Shown piece by piece: positions 1 to 9,579 of a stretch of 64,000 bases of DNA. Made by a program: the position numbers and the translations under genes. The stretch's first letter is position 1; every line of letters begins with the position of its first letter. Origin of the DNA: Candidatus Poribacteria bacterium (lineage in GTDB: Bacteria; Poribacteria; WGA-4E; GCA-2687025); the NCBI GenBank assembly GCA_963665845.2, contig OY762492.1, positions 3,040,001 to 3,104,000 on the forward strand, written 5' to 3'. The notes below the pieces were generated by a model. That model had not been told where the DNA came from. It worked only from the letters and a program-made list of their open reading frames with translations, and did not search any database.

Positions 1-2
1 AC

Positions 3-656
3 AAGTCGGGCGCGCTTTCATGCGTCGGCTACCAGACGCGGTACAACCGCTTTCTGAACGCTGTGCGCGAGTTTGTCAAAGACAAGACGATCGGCATGGC
101 GGTCACGGAGCGCTGGGGCGGCATCGCCGGCGGGCCGGCGCACTGGTGGCGCGTCATGGACAAGTCGGGCGGCATGCTGCATGAGCAGGCGACGCATCAG
201 CTGGACATGCTCCGTTTCTGCGCCGGCGACATCTCCGAAGTGTACGCGCTGCACGCCCGCCTCATCAACAACGAGCAGGAGAACCATGACATACCGGACG
301 CGGAGGTTGTGACGCTTCAGTTTGCCGGCGGCGCGGTCGGCTACATCACGACCACCTCCGCGCTCATCAGGGGCGGCGGCGGCTCCCGCGTGGAGCTGAT
401 TGTGGAGGGGCATCTGCGCGTTCAGTATTCGGGCAACAGCTCGCGCGTTCTCCCTGAAAGCGCCGGCCCGCTGCCTGAATACGAGGAGCCGCTCCCCGCG
501 TCCATCGACCATGCGTTCATTGAAGCGATACGAACGGGCGACCAATCCATCGTCAAGTCGGACTACACGGACGGGCTGAAGACATGCGCCGTCACCATCG
601 CGGCGCTGGAGTCGGCGGCGAGCGGAAAGCCTGCCGCCGTCCACCCTGTAGACTAA
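3..656 (+). CDS. Gfo/Idh/MocA family oxidoreductase, 5'-truncated by window edge
   Basis: Frame is open from position 3 (KSGALSCVGYQTRY...); contains GGMLHEQATHQLD, typical of the Gfo/Idh/MocA C-terminal domain. Confidence 0.85.
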   Translation, partial: KSGALSCVGYQTRYNRFLNAVREFVKDKTIGMAVTERWGGIAGGPAHWWRVMDKSGGMLHEQATHQLDMLRFCAGDISEVYALHARLINNEQENHDIPDAEVVTLQFAGGAVGYITTTSALIRGGGGSRVELIVEGHLRVQYSGNSSRVLPESAGPLPEYEEPLPASIDHAFIEAIRTGDQSIVKSDYTDGLKTCAVTIAALESAASGKPAAVHPVD

Positions 657-678
657 AACGCCGAACGGGAGGGCGCAT

Positions 679-1866
679 ATGACATACGCTTCGATGTGGG
701 CGTATCCGTGGGACCTGCTGGACGATGGGCTTGAGGATGTGTTGTCCCGCCTGCGCGAAGAGGTCGGGCTGGACGCGGTGAGCGTCGCGGCAAGTTACCA
801 TTCGGTGACGCAGCTGCGCCTACATACGCGCTCCTCGCGGCGCATTTTTTCAACGAACGAAGGCGCCGTCTATTTTCAGCCGGACGCGGATCTTTGGCGC
901 GACTCGCCGATTCAACCGAACGCGCAGCCGCTGGACGGCGCCGACAACCCGCTGGAAACGATCGGCGCGGCGGCGGAAAAGATCGGGATCAAAACGGTCG
1001 CATGGACGGTCTGCCTGCATAACTCGCATCTTGGGCGAACCTATCCTGAAGCGGCGCAGCGGAACGTTTTTGGCGACATCTACCCGCATCATCTATGCCC
1101 GTCCAACGAAGACGCGCGCCGTTATGTTAAAACGATGGCGGAAGACCTGTCGCGCAACTATCCGCTTTTTGCGGTGGAGGCGGAGTCGCTTTCGTTCGGC
1201 GGGTTTGCGCATTTTCATGCGCATGAGAAGATCGGAATGCGGTTGGGCGCTCTTGGGAATTTTCTGCTGTCGCTCTGTTTTTGTGAAAGCTGCCGACGGC
1301 GGGCGCAGGAAGCGGGCATTGACGCGGACGGGCTGGCAGATCGGACGCGGCGCATGCTGCTCGCCATTTTTGAAAAGGGGGCGCCGTCGCCGTTTGACGG
1401 AGTTGCCACCGCGCGCGACCTTGAACAGGAGGATGCGGACCTCGCCGCGTTTTTGAAGATGCGCCGAGACGCCGTCGCGTCGCTTCATGAAGAGGTGAAA
1501 CAGGCGGCGGGCGACACGTTTTTAATCGCGATGAACATGGGCGACCCGACGGTCGCCGGTTTTGACAGCAAAAGATGCGCCGAGGCGGCGGACGCGCTGG
1601 AGCTGCTCTGTTACACGGCGGAGCCTGAAATGCTGGAGCAGCAGGTGGCGCATGCGAGCGGTTCGTTTTGCGGCGCGGACGATCTGATTGTCGGTTTGAG
1701 CGCCTATGCGCCGCACAGCCCGTCGCGCGGCGTCCTGGAACGAAACCTGGAGCGCGGGCTAGAGCTGGGCGTCCGCGCGTTTGCGTTTTACAACTACGGC
1801 ATCATGCCGGCGCCCCATCTGGACTGGGTACGCGGGTGCGTTGAGATTCTGCGCAAGGCGGAGTAG
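679..1866 (+). CDS. Conserved hypothetical protein, probable TIM-barrel glycoside-hydrolase-like fold
   Basis: 395 aa, GGAGG RBS upstream; YPWD, YH, WTVCLHN, LCPSN, CFCxxC, FYNYG motifs. Confidence 0.6.
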   Translation: MTYASMWAYPWDLLDDGLEDVLSRLREEVGLDAVSVAASYHSVTQLRLHTRSSRRIFSTNEGAVYFQPDADLWRDSPIQPNAQPLDGADNPLETIGAAAEKIGIKTVAWTVCLHNSHLGRTYPEAAQRNVFGDIYPHHLCPSNEDARRYVKTMAEDLSRNYPLFAVEAESLSFGGFAHFHAHEKIGMRLGALGNFLLSLCFCESCRRRAQEAGIDADGLADRTRRMLLAIFEKGAPSPFDGVATARDLEQEDADLAAFLKMRRDAVASLHEEVKQAAGDTFLIAMNMGDPTVAGFDSKRCAEAADALELLCYTAEPEMLEQQVAHASGSFCGADDLIVGLSAYAPHSPSRGVLERNLERGLELGVRAFAFYNYGIMPAPHLDWVRGCVEILRKAE

Positions 1867-1905
1867 CGGAAAGCGCGGAGATGAGCCGTCCCCGCGCTTT
1901 CAACC

Positions 1906-2376
1906 TTGACCTCATGCATAAAGTTGGGACGCCAATAGACAGCGGAAAACTGCCGCCCACTTGTCGTCCCCCGCTTCCCCGTTTTCACGAGGACATGCCC
2001 GCGAGGACATGCATTCCCGCGCCCCCTTTTCGTCATTCCCGCGCCCCCTTTTCGTCATTCCCGCGCCCTCTTTTCGTCATTCCCGCGTAAGCGGGAATCC
2101 AGAGGCGACGCCGAAACCGTCCGCGTCCCCCCAAGCGTCCATCCTACCCGCCGTCCCCGCTTCCCCGTTTTCACGAGGACATGCCCGCGAGGACATGCAT
2201 TCCCGCGTAAGCGGGAATCTTAGACGCCGTAGACTCCGTCCCCCGCGGAAAACCCCCCCAGCCCCCCTTTTCAAGGGGGGAGTCTAGGAACCCGCGCCCT
2301 TACGCGCTGTCGTAGGGCGGCCCGTCATTCCCGCGTAAGCGGGAATCTTACGTCATGCCGACATTGTCCCAACTAA
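1906..2376. repeat. Composite intergenic repeat cluster (MITE-like end, three ATTCCC-N8-GGGAAT hairpins, 22-bp x3 tandem, ~55-bp direct duplication, CCCCCTTTTCAAGGGGG hairpin)
   Basis: Hairpins at ~2079, 2199 and 2327; CCCGCGCCCCCTTTTCGTCATT unit at 2016, 2038, 2060; ~1966-2022 repeated at ~2153-2207. Confidence 0.9.
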
Positions 2377-2383
2377 GCTGCCG

Positions 2384-3247
2384 CTATTCAGCAACCATGA
2401 TGATTTCGACGCGCCGGCTGGCGGCTCTCCCTTCGCTGGAGGATTGCGTCCCGGCGGTTTCAAAATGTCCGCGTCCTCGGACGACGAGTTTGTTGCTGAC
2501 GCCTTTGGATCGGAGATATTTCGCCGCGGCGTTGGCTCTCGCCTCGGAAAGTTGCAGGTTGGTGAGAAACGCGCCGCTCAAGATCGGCGTCGAGTCGGCA
2601 TGCCCGGTGACGACGACGGTCGCGCTCGGCCGTTTTTTGACGGCGGCCGCGGCGGCGTCCAGCATGTTCTTCGCCTTGGCGGAAAGTCGGGTGGAGCCTG
2701 TGCTGAAATAGACGGTGGAGACCTTCGTCGGAATCGCTTTGTGAAGCATCTCCGCGGTTTCCGCTCGGAACGCTTTCATGTCGGAAGCCGATTTTGCCTG
2801 CAATTCGTTCAGCTGCGCCATGACCGACTTGGCCGATTTCGCCAGCGCCGCGTCCACCTCTTTTTTCATGGCTTTGTCGGCGCGGTTTGCGGACGCCATG
2901 GCGGCTTTTTTGCCTGCCGCAATCGCTTCGTCCAGCTCCATTCGGAGCGTCTTGTCGGCTTTCATCGCCGCTTCAAGCGTGTCGGCGTCGCCCTGCTCCG
3001 AGGCGGCGATGGCGTCGTTCTTCGCGTCCTCAATCGCCGTCTGCTGCATCTTGTCGGCGTTTTGAAGCGCGCTGATGTCCGAGGCGGTCTTCGCGTCCGC
3101 CGACGAGAGCGCCGAGAACCTGTCCTCATTTTCCGCCTTATACGCTTCGTATTCCGGCAGAAATTCGTCTTTTTTTAGATTGCCGCATCCGATCATGGCG
3201 CCGACTGCAAAGATTCCTGCAACCGCTGCCCAGAGAGTTCGTTTCAT
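2384..3247 (-). CDS. OmpA-family lipoprotein with Ala-rich coiled-coil N-terminal region
   Basis: Lipobox MIGC; C-terminal VYFSTGS...GHADS...NLQLSEARA...RRVEI peptidoglycan-binding domain. Confidence 0.9.
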   Translation of the reverse strand: MKRTLWAAVAGIFAVGAMIGCGNLKKDEFLPEYEAYKAENEDRFSALSSADAKTASDISALQNADKMQQTAIEDAKNDAIAASEQGDADTLEAAMKADKTLRMELDEAIAAGKKAAMASANRADKAMKKEVDAALAKSAKSVMAQLNELQAKSASDMKAFRAETAEMLHKAIPTKVSTVYFSTGSTRLSAKAKNMLDAAAAAVKKRPSATVVVTGHADSTPILSGAFLTNLQLSEARANAAAKYLRSKGVSNKLVVRGRGHFETAGTQSSSEGRAASRRVEIIMVAE

Positions 3248-3302
3248 GAGCGTCCTTCCTAAACCGATGAAATCTGAAACACGTATACACGTTCACAGCG
3301 CA

Positions 3303-3331
3303 ATTATAGACGAAGGTTTTTCAGACGTCAA
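3303..3331 (-). promoter_or_regulatory. sigma70-type promoter for the OmpA-family gene
   Basis: Minus strand TTGACG-N17-TATAAT. Confidence 0.7.
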
Positions 3332-3607
3332 CTGGGGCAGATTCGAGGCGGTCTATAAACGGCACGATTCGGTATGGCAGAAAACGGCTTTCATAAGCGG
3401 GTCTGCGCCCCCGTCATTCTTCACGGGAATCTTGGTTTTGAACTAGGATGAAAGGATTATTAAGATTGCCAAGAGCGCCGCGCACGGGAATTTTCTTGGC
3501 AATCTTTTCAATCTTGGCAATCCTAGTTCAGACGGCAACAGCGGCTAAGATTCCCGCTTACGCGGGAATGACTCCCCTTGAAAAGGGGGCAGGGGGGTTT
3601 CCGCCGT

Positions 3608-3636
3608 TTGCCAATGGGGCGGCGCGCGTGTACAAT
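3608..3636 (+). promoter_or_regulatory. sigma70-type promoter for rpiB-glpK
   Basis: TTGCCA-N17-TACAAT. Confidence 0.6.
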
Positions 3637-3672
3637 GCGCATGTGGACGTTGACGAACCCGAAGAGGAACCC

Positions 3673-4128
3673 ATGAAAATAGCGGTCGGAAACGATCATC
3701 CCGCTTACGAACTGAAATGCGCCGTCAAAAAACGGCTTGAAGAACGCGGACACGAGGCGCTTGACGTCGGCTCCCACAGCGCCGAATCGACCGACTATCC
3801 GATCTACGCCGCCGCCGTCGGCGAGCTGGTCGCGTCTGGAGAGGCGGACCTGGGCGTCGTCATGTGCGGAACCGGCATCGGCATTTCCATCGCCGCCAAC
3901 AAGACGCCGGGGGTCCGCGCCGCGCTTTGCTGGAACATCACGACCGCCAGAGCCTCCCGCGAACACAACGACGCGAATGTGCTGGCGCTCGGCGCCCGCC
4001 TGACCGCCGCGCCGCTCGCCCTAGAGATACTGGATGCATGGCTGGACGCCGACTTTGAGGGCGGACGGCATGCCCGCCGCGTCGGACAGATTAGCGATAT
4101 GGACGCCCGGCGCGGCGACGGCGGCTAA
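3673..4128 (+). CDS. rpiB: Ribose-5-phosphate isomerase B
   Basis: MKIAVGNDH, DYP, CGTGIG, ANK, HNDANVLALG, FEGGRH; start placed at ATG 3673 after GAGG. Confidence 0.95.
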   Translation: MKIAVGNDHPAYELKCAVKKRLEERGHEALDVGSHSAESTDYPIYAAAVGELVASGEADLGVVMCGTGIGISIAANKTPGVRAALCWNITTARASREHNDANVLALGARLTAAPLALEILDAWLDADFEGGRHARRVGQISDMDARRGDGG

Positions 4129-4133
4129 ACCGC

Positions 4134-5603
4134 ATGGGCAGTCTGCTCGCCATCGACGCGGGAACGACCGGCGTCACCGCGCTGTTGATCGACGAGAGCG
4201 GCGCGGTTGTTCAGCGCGGTTACCGCGAGTTTCCGCAGTACTTCCCGCAGCCCGGCTGGGTAGAGCATGACGCGGACGAAATATGGGCGGCGGCGTCGCA
4301 GGCATGCGCGGAGGCGCTGTCAAACGGCGCGGAATTGGACGGAATCGGCGTCGCCAATCAGCGCGAAACGACGGTACTGTGGCATCGAGAAACGGGCAAA
4401 CCCGCAGCCCGCGCCATCGTGTGGCAATGCCGCCGGACAGCTGAACGGTGCGGCGAACTGATCGAACAGGGACTGGCGCCGCGCGTCTATGAAAAGACGG
4501 GGCTGACCATCGACCCGTATTTTTCCGCCGCCAAGCTGGAGTGGACGCTCAACCATGTTTCAGAGGCGCGCCGCTTTCCAAGCCGCTTCGCGTTTGGGAC
4601 GGTCGACTCTTGGCTCATCTGGAAGCTGACCGGCGGACGGGCGCATCTCACCGACATGACGAACGCTTCGCGCTCCATGCTTTTCAATATCGACGCGCGC
4701 GAGTGGGACGGAGAGCTGCTGGAGCTGTTCGGCGTCCCGCGGGCTTTGCTGCCGTCGGTTCAGACCTCGTCCGGCTATTTTGGGGAGACGCGCGGCGTCG
4801 GCTTCGCGCCGGACGGCGTCCCGATACGGAGCGCGGTCGGCGATCAACAGGCGGCGCTGTTTGGGCAAGCCCGTTTCAAACGGGGCGAAGCGAAAAACAC
4901 CTACGGAACCGGCTGCTTTCTGCTCATGAACGCCGGCGCCGAACGTCCAAAAGGCGGCGGGCGGCTGTTGACGACGCTTGCATGCGGGGCGGACGGCTCC
5001 CCCGTCTATGCGTCGGAGGGAAGCGTCTTCACAGCGGGGTCGACGATTCAGTGGCTTCGGGACGGGCTGGGGATACTGAAGTCGGCGGCGGAGTCGGAGC
5101 CGCTGGCGCTGTCGGTCGAGAACGCGGGCGGCGTGACGCTGATACCGGCTTTGGCGGGTTTAGGGGCGCCGTATTGGGACCCGCATGCGCGCGGCGCCAT
5201 TTTCGGCATTACGCGCGGGACGACGCGGGCGCACCTTGTCCGCGCCGCGTTAGAGGGGATCGCCCACCGTTCCGCCGACGCGCTCGAAGCGATGGAGCAA
5301 GAGACGGGCGCGCGGCTGCCGCAGCTTCAGGTGGACGGGGGCGCCGCCGCCAACAACTTTCTGATGCAGACGCAGGCGGACCTGCTGGGCGTCCCGGTGA
5401 ATCGACCGGCGCAGGTGGAGACGACCGCTCTAGGCGCGGCGTATCTCGCAGGGCTGCAGACCGGCGCATGGAGCGCGGCGGACCTCCGAGGCTTAAACCC
5501 GCTGGAACGCCGCTTTGAGCCAGAAATCAGCCCTGACGAACGCGCGGAGAAACGGCAAAACTGGCGCGAAGCGGTGGAACGGACGCTGACGCGGCGGAGA
5601 TAA
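4134..5603 (+). CDS. glpK: Glycerol kinase
   Basis: AIDAGTT, NQRET, GDQQAALFG, KNTYGTG, GLGAPYWD, VDGG motifs. Confidence 0.95.
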   Translation: MGSLLAIDAGTTGVTALLIDESGAVVQRGYREFPQYFPQPGWVEHDADEIWAAASQACAEALSNGAELDGIGVANQRETTVLWHRETGKPAARAIVWQCRRTAERCGELIEQGLAPRVYEKTGLTIDPYFSAAKLEWTLNHVSEARRFPSRFAFGTVDSWLIWKLTGGRAHLTDMTNASRSMLFNIDAREWDGELLELFGVPRALLPSVQTSSGYFGETRGVGFAPDGVPIRSAVGDQQAALFGQARFKRGEAKNTYGTGCFLLMNAGAERPKGGGRLLTTLACGADGSPVYASEGSVFTAGSTIQWLRDGLGILKSAAESEPLALSVENAGGVTLIPALAGLGAPYWDPHARGAIFGITRGTTRAHLVRAALEGIAHRSADALEAMEQETGARLPQLQVDGGAAANNFLMQTQADLLGVPVNRPAQVETTALGAAYLAGLQTGAWSAADLRGLNPLERRFEPEISPDERAEKRQNWREAVERTLTRRR

Positions 5604-5656
5604 ATCAATGCGCGCGGCGCGGTTCCGCCGCTTGTCAAATGAAACGGAGAAAACGG

Positions 5657-7039
5657 ATGCGCCGAAAGTCCATGACCATGATCGTTCTAACGGCTGTCTG
5701 CTTTATGACGGGCTGTGAAGAATCTGTCCAGACGGAACCGCCGCAGGACGCCTTCGCCCGCCGTCTAGACGACGCTCTCCACGGTTTAACAAGGACAAGA
5801 GAGGATATCATCGAAAATTTTCCGCGCTCCGATCTTGCCCATAGACTGGCGAACCTTCTTAGCGATACACGGTTGGACCTGCGCTCATACGACAACCATC
5901 TCCGCAAGCAAAATCTGCCCCGACAGGAGCGGGTCGCGCGATTGAGGGAACGCTGCATCGAGTCCTTGAAGAACATGCATCGCATGGGAGAGGACGAGAA
6001 CTCCCGTCTGCGGTACAATGACCGGCATTTTGAGTTCACCTTCTCTCATTCAGACAGTAAAGCAAATAGAACCACGATCAAATCTGCCGCTTTTTTGATC
6101 GAATGGTTTCTGGATCTGGATCAGGGCGTTGACCCTGTCGCGCGCGATCTGAACGCCGCTCTCGCCGATTTTGGCGCGGTCTATTGGCGCATTAAGGATT
6201 TGGACAACAATTTCCATTTTCTACATCATTCCAGAGCTTTAAGCCACATCAAAAACGTCGGCAAGATCCTGACTGACTACGACAATGAACTCGCCGCCGA
6301 AGGTCTATCGAGAGAAGAGCATGTCGCCAAGCTGCGGGAACGTTTTCTGTCTAGCGTCAAAAAGGCGGGCGGATCAATGATACGGTATGATGAAGCGACC
6401 TCCAGTCTGCATTTTTTTGACAAGAGCGGCGCCCCGTTTCTCGTGGACGGCCAGCCCGCTCATTACGCCATGCCGATCCGTCTCACAGAGTTTCTGAAAC
6501 TGCCCGCCCCAAGCGGAACGCCGCTCATCATTCATTCGGACGCGCTCTCGATGGAGCTGGAGAAGGCGGTCAAGGAACTGAAACAGCGGCGCGAGAGCGC
6601 CTTCAGCGACCCGCCGACATCGGAAGCCGCCCAGGAAATCGTTGAAATCTTTGTCGAAATCGAAGATGAGACGTCCAGAGACGACGCCGAGCTGCGCCGC
6701 AAGAACATCCAGCAGGACAGGCGCATCGTCATGCTGAAAGGGCGTCTCCTGTACCGCATTCGTCTGTTCGACGCGCTGGAGCCTGAGGTTGTTTTTAGCC
6801 GGCGAGAGGATGGCAGCTATTTTGTGCGTTACGCTCCGCCCGATGCGCCGGACAAAAGCGTTGTTCTGGAGATGCCTGCAGGGCTTGCCAAGATTTTGAA
6901 TGTGGAGTCGTCGTCGCCGCCGCCGCATCATCAGCATGCGCTGCGCATGCCCCTTCATTTCGTTCTTGGATTGGCGGGGGGAGCCGTTCTGGTTGCGCTG
7001 GCGCTTCTATATTTTATCATTGCGCAAAGATCCAGATGA
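5657..7039 (+). CDS. Hypothetical lipoprotein with C-terminal transmembrane helix
   Basis: Lipobox FMTGC; hydrophobic C-terminal segment followed by QRSR; start uncertain. Confidence 0.6.
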   Translation: MRRKSMTMIVLTAVCFMTGCEESVQTEPPQDAFARRLDDALHGLTRTREDIIENFPRSDLAHRLANLLSDTRLDLRSYDNHLRKQNLPRQERVARLRERCIESLKNMHRMGEDENSRLRYNDRHFEFTFSHSDSKANRTTIKSAAFLIEWFLDLDQGVDPVARDLNAALADFGAVYWRIKDLDNNFHFLHHSRALSHIKNVGKILTDYDNELAAEGLSREEHVAKLRERFLSSVKKAGGSMIRYDEATSSLHFFDKSGAPFLVDGQPAHYAMPIRLTEFLKLPAPSGTPLIIHSDALSMELEKAVKELKQRRESAFSDPPTSEAAQEIVEIFVEIEDETSRDDAELRRKNIQQDRRIVMLKGRLLYRIRLFDALEPEVVFSRREDGSYFVRYAPPDAPDKSVVLEMPAGLAKILNVESSSPPPHHQHALRMPLHFVLGLAGGAVLVALALLYFIIAQRSR

Positions 7040-7082
7040 ACGCTCCAACGGCAGCGCCTCTTAAAACGGCGTTTCTATTGTA

Positions 7083-7895
7083 TCAGGGGGCTTCGGACGA
7101 ATCGGCGGATTGAAGCGCATTCCCCGCCCAGTTGTTGAAAATATCCAGCGCGACCTCCGCTCGATTGAGGCGGTCGTTGTAGACCTGCATCCAGATCCCG
7201 ATGCGCCCGCCCGTTACAGCATGTTTCAAGATCACAGGATCGTATCCGAGCTTTCCCGTTCCAAAAGCCGTTTCCAGCGTCCAGTTCTTGTCCTGCGCAA
7301 TTTGACCCGCTGAAAAAGACCTGTTCGAAATGAACAGACCGAGGCTAGAAACGCACAACTCCGCCTCTCTAGTCGGTTGAACCGCGTTGTCGTCTGTCCA
7401 TAGATGAAATTTAGCGTCGGCGATGTTCTGCAGTCCTTCAGCGCCGTTGACCGCGCCGCCCTTCGACACATAGAAGATGTAGTCGCCGGTGTTCATGACG
7501 AAGTTGCCGTCATCTATAAACTTCTCCACAAGCGACCCGTCCGGCTGGCTGTTTCCCGGCGGATAGATCGTTTCGGGCAGATAGCCGAAAAGGACGAGGC
7601 AGTCGATGTCGCCGTCCCCCGTATTCTGTTCGACCCATTCAGCGATTTCACCCGTATTGTACGCTCTTGGGTCTTCAAACGTTTCGACGCCGGCGAGAAT
7701 CGCTTCGCCAATTTCCTCTGCCTTCTTTTGGCTTATCCAAACAGATTGTTCATAAAAGAGAGCCATTTGTCCAGCGGCGGAAACTCCCGGCTTCTCCTTG
7801 CACGGATTTGAAAAGGGCGTAACGGTGTCATCGCTGCCGCATGACGCCGCAATGAACATTAGAGCCGCGCAAACGATGTTGACTGCTTTCCGCAT
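7083..7895 (-). CDS. Hypothetical lipoprotein
   Basis: MRKAVNIVCAALMFIAASC signal/lipobox; ORF-track 5' extension runs into repeat DNA. Confidence 0.7.
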   Translation of the reverse strand: MRKAVNIVCAALMFIAASCGSDDTVTPFSNPCKEKPGVSAAGQMALFYEQSVWISQKKAEEIGEAILAGVETFEDPRAYNTGEIAEWVEQNTGDGDIDCLVLFGYLPETIYPPGNSQPDGSLVEKFIDDGNFVMNTGDYIFYVSKGGAVNGAEGLQNIADAKFHLWTDDNAVQPTREAELCVSSLGLFISNRSFSAGQIAQDKNWTLETAFGTGKLGYDPVILKHAVTGGRIGIWMQVYNDRLNRAEVALDIFNNWAGNALQSADSSEAP

Positions 7896-8020
7896 GGCGA
7901 ACTCCTGCGTTGATGGCTCCCCGTCTATATGGAAGCGAATGCGAAAGCGCGGGGCATGACCGCTGCGCCCTTCGCTTCCTTTATGTAGTGTGCCGCCCTT
8001 CGCCATGAACTGCAAGGTAC

Positions 8021-8188
8021 CTGACCTGACGCCTAAAGTTGGGACATTTGAACCGACCATCGCTCTATTCATGGGTTAAAGGCGTCATCAACCGGGTCGT
8101 CATTCCCGCGTAAGCGGGAATCCAGAGTCTACCCCGAAACCGTCCGCGTTCACAACCAGAATTGTCCCAACTCTAAGGGTGTGGTCAG
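8021..8188. mobile_element. MITE-like element with ~25-bp terminal inverted repeats and internal ATTCCC-N8-GGGAAT hairpin
   Basis: Starts CTGACCTGACGCCTAAAGTTGGGACA, ends TGTCCCAACTCTAAGGGTGTGGTCAG; related copies elsewhere in window. Confidence 0.75.
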
Positions 8189-8487
8189 CAAGGTACTACC
8201 TCCAAGCGCAGTACCTACAGGCTATGACATTCATTTTGCGCGACGGCCGATTCATGCCTTAAGATTCCCGCGTACGCGGGAATCTTAAGGCATCGCAGCC
8301 GTCGCGCCATCTTAAACCCCCTAGCCCCTTTTCAAGGGGGAATCGGACGCGGCGGCTTTTCCTCTGGCCATCGCAGTCTTTGCGACGATGTCTCAACTTT
8401 ATCCATGAGATCAGCCGCTCCGTTTCCTGAAACGGAAGCATGCCTTCGACTCGTTTAAACGGCAGGAGCAGCCTCTGGAGGGCGTCT

Positions 8488-9576
8488 GTGGAGAACTTTA
8501 TACGGATTGAGGATCTGACCCGCGCGGAGATGCTCCGCTTTTTTGAGCTTGCCCGCGACATGGAGATCATGCGCGAGATGGGTTCCGACCTGTGCAAAGG
8601 GCGCATCTTGGGCGCCATGTTTTATGAACCCAGCACGCGGACCCGCCTTTCGTTTGAAAGCGCCATGTTCAGATTGGGCGGCAATGTGCTGGGCTTCGCC
8701 GACCCGAATTTCACCTCCTTTGCCAAAAAAGAGACGCTCGCCGACACGATTCATATGCTCTGCAACTACGCGGATGTGCTGGTCATTCGGCATTTCTGGG
8801 CGGGCGCGGCGCGGCTCGCAACGCTGCATTCCACGGCGCCGGTCATCAACGCGGGCGACGACGCGAACCAGCACCCGACGCAGACCTTGACCGACCTGTA
8901 CACGCTCTGGAAGGCGCGGGAAAATCTGTCGGGAATGACGGTCGGGGTGTGCGGCGATCTTCGTTTTGGACGGGCGGCGCATTCGCTGGTGTACGGCTTG
9001 GCGGCGTTCGATGTCAACATCGTTCTGATTGCCCCAGAGGGTCTTGAACTTCCTGAAGAGGAGAGGTGGCGTTTAGATCAGCAGTACGGCGCGAAGGTGT
9101 CGCTCGCGCGCCATCCTGGGCATGTGATTGAAGACCTGGACGCGATCTATGTGAACCGCCTTCAAAAAGAACGGCTGCCGGACGATCTGGACGCCGAGGA
9201 GATACAGCGGATTGCCAGTCAATACCGCATCGACGCGGCGCTGATTGCGCGGGCGAAGCCGACCTGCTTGACGCTGCATCCGCTTCCGCGCGTGGATGAG
9301 CTGGCGCGCGAGCTGGACGACGACCCGCGCGCCGTCTATTTTGAGCAGTCGTCCAACGGCGTTCCGGTGCGCATGGCGCTGCTGGCTCTCGCTCTCGGCA
9401 GGGCGACGCGCAACCCGTTTGAACCCAAAAAGATAGAGGCGCAGACGCATGCCGCCCCTGTTTGCCGATCCAAATCATGCGTCTCGGCGCATGAGCCGGA
9501 CGTTCCCGCGCTAACGGAGACAGTCGGGCTGGCGGCGCCTCGGCGCGTCTGCCACTTCTGCGGCAGATTCGTCTAA
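8488..9576 (+). CDS. pyrB: Aspartate carbamoyltransferase catalytic subunit with C-terminal PyrI-like Zn-binding extension
   Basis: FYEPSTRTRLSF, HPTQ, GDL, RLQKER, HPLPR; tail CRSKSC...CHFC; GTG start at 8488 after GGAGG. Confidence 0.92.
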   Translation: MENFIRIEDLTRAEMLRFFELARDMEIMREMGSDLCKGRILGAMFYEPSTRTRLSFESAMFRLGGNVLGFADPNFTSFAKKETLADTIHMLCNYADVLVIRHFWAGAARLATLHSTAPVINAGDDANQHPTQTLTDLYTLWKARENLSGMTVGVCGDLRFGRAAHSLVYGLAAFDVNIVLIAPEGLELPEEERWRLDQQYGAKVSLARHPGHVIEDLDAIYVNRLQKERLPDDLDAEEIQRIASQYRIDAALIARAKPTCLTLHPLPRVDELARELDDDPRAVYFEQSSNGVPVRMALLALALGRATRNPFEPKKIEAQTHAAPVCRSKSCVSAHEPDVPALTETVGLAAPRRVCHFCGRFV

Positions 9577-9579
9577 CGC

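Noticed and set aside
1881-2287. ORF-track ORFs with SFPR/HSR repeats, also near 10684, 23146 and 37625-37940
   Set aside because: They are translations of non-coding palindromic repeats
3448-3672. N-terminal extension of rpiB resembling a signal peptide
   Set aside because: Runs through repeat hairpins and the promoter; RpiB homology starts at 3673
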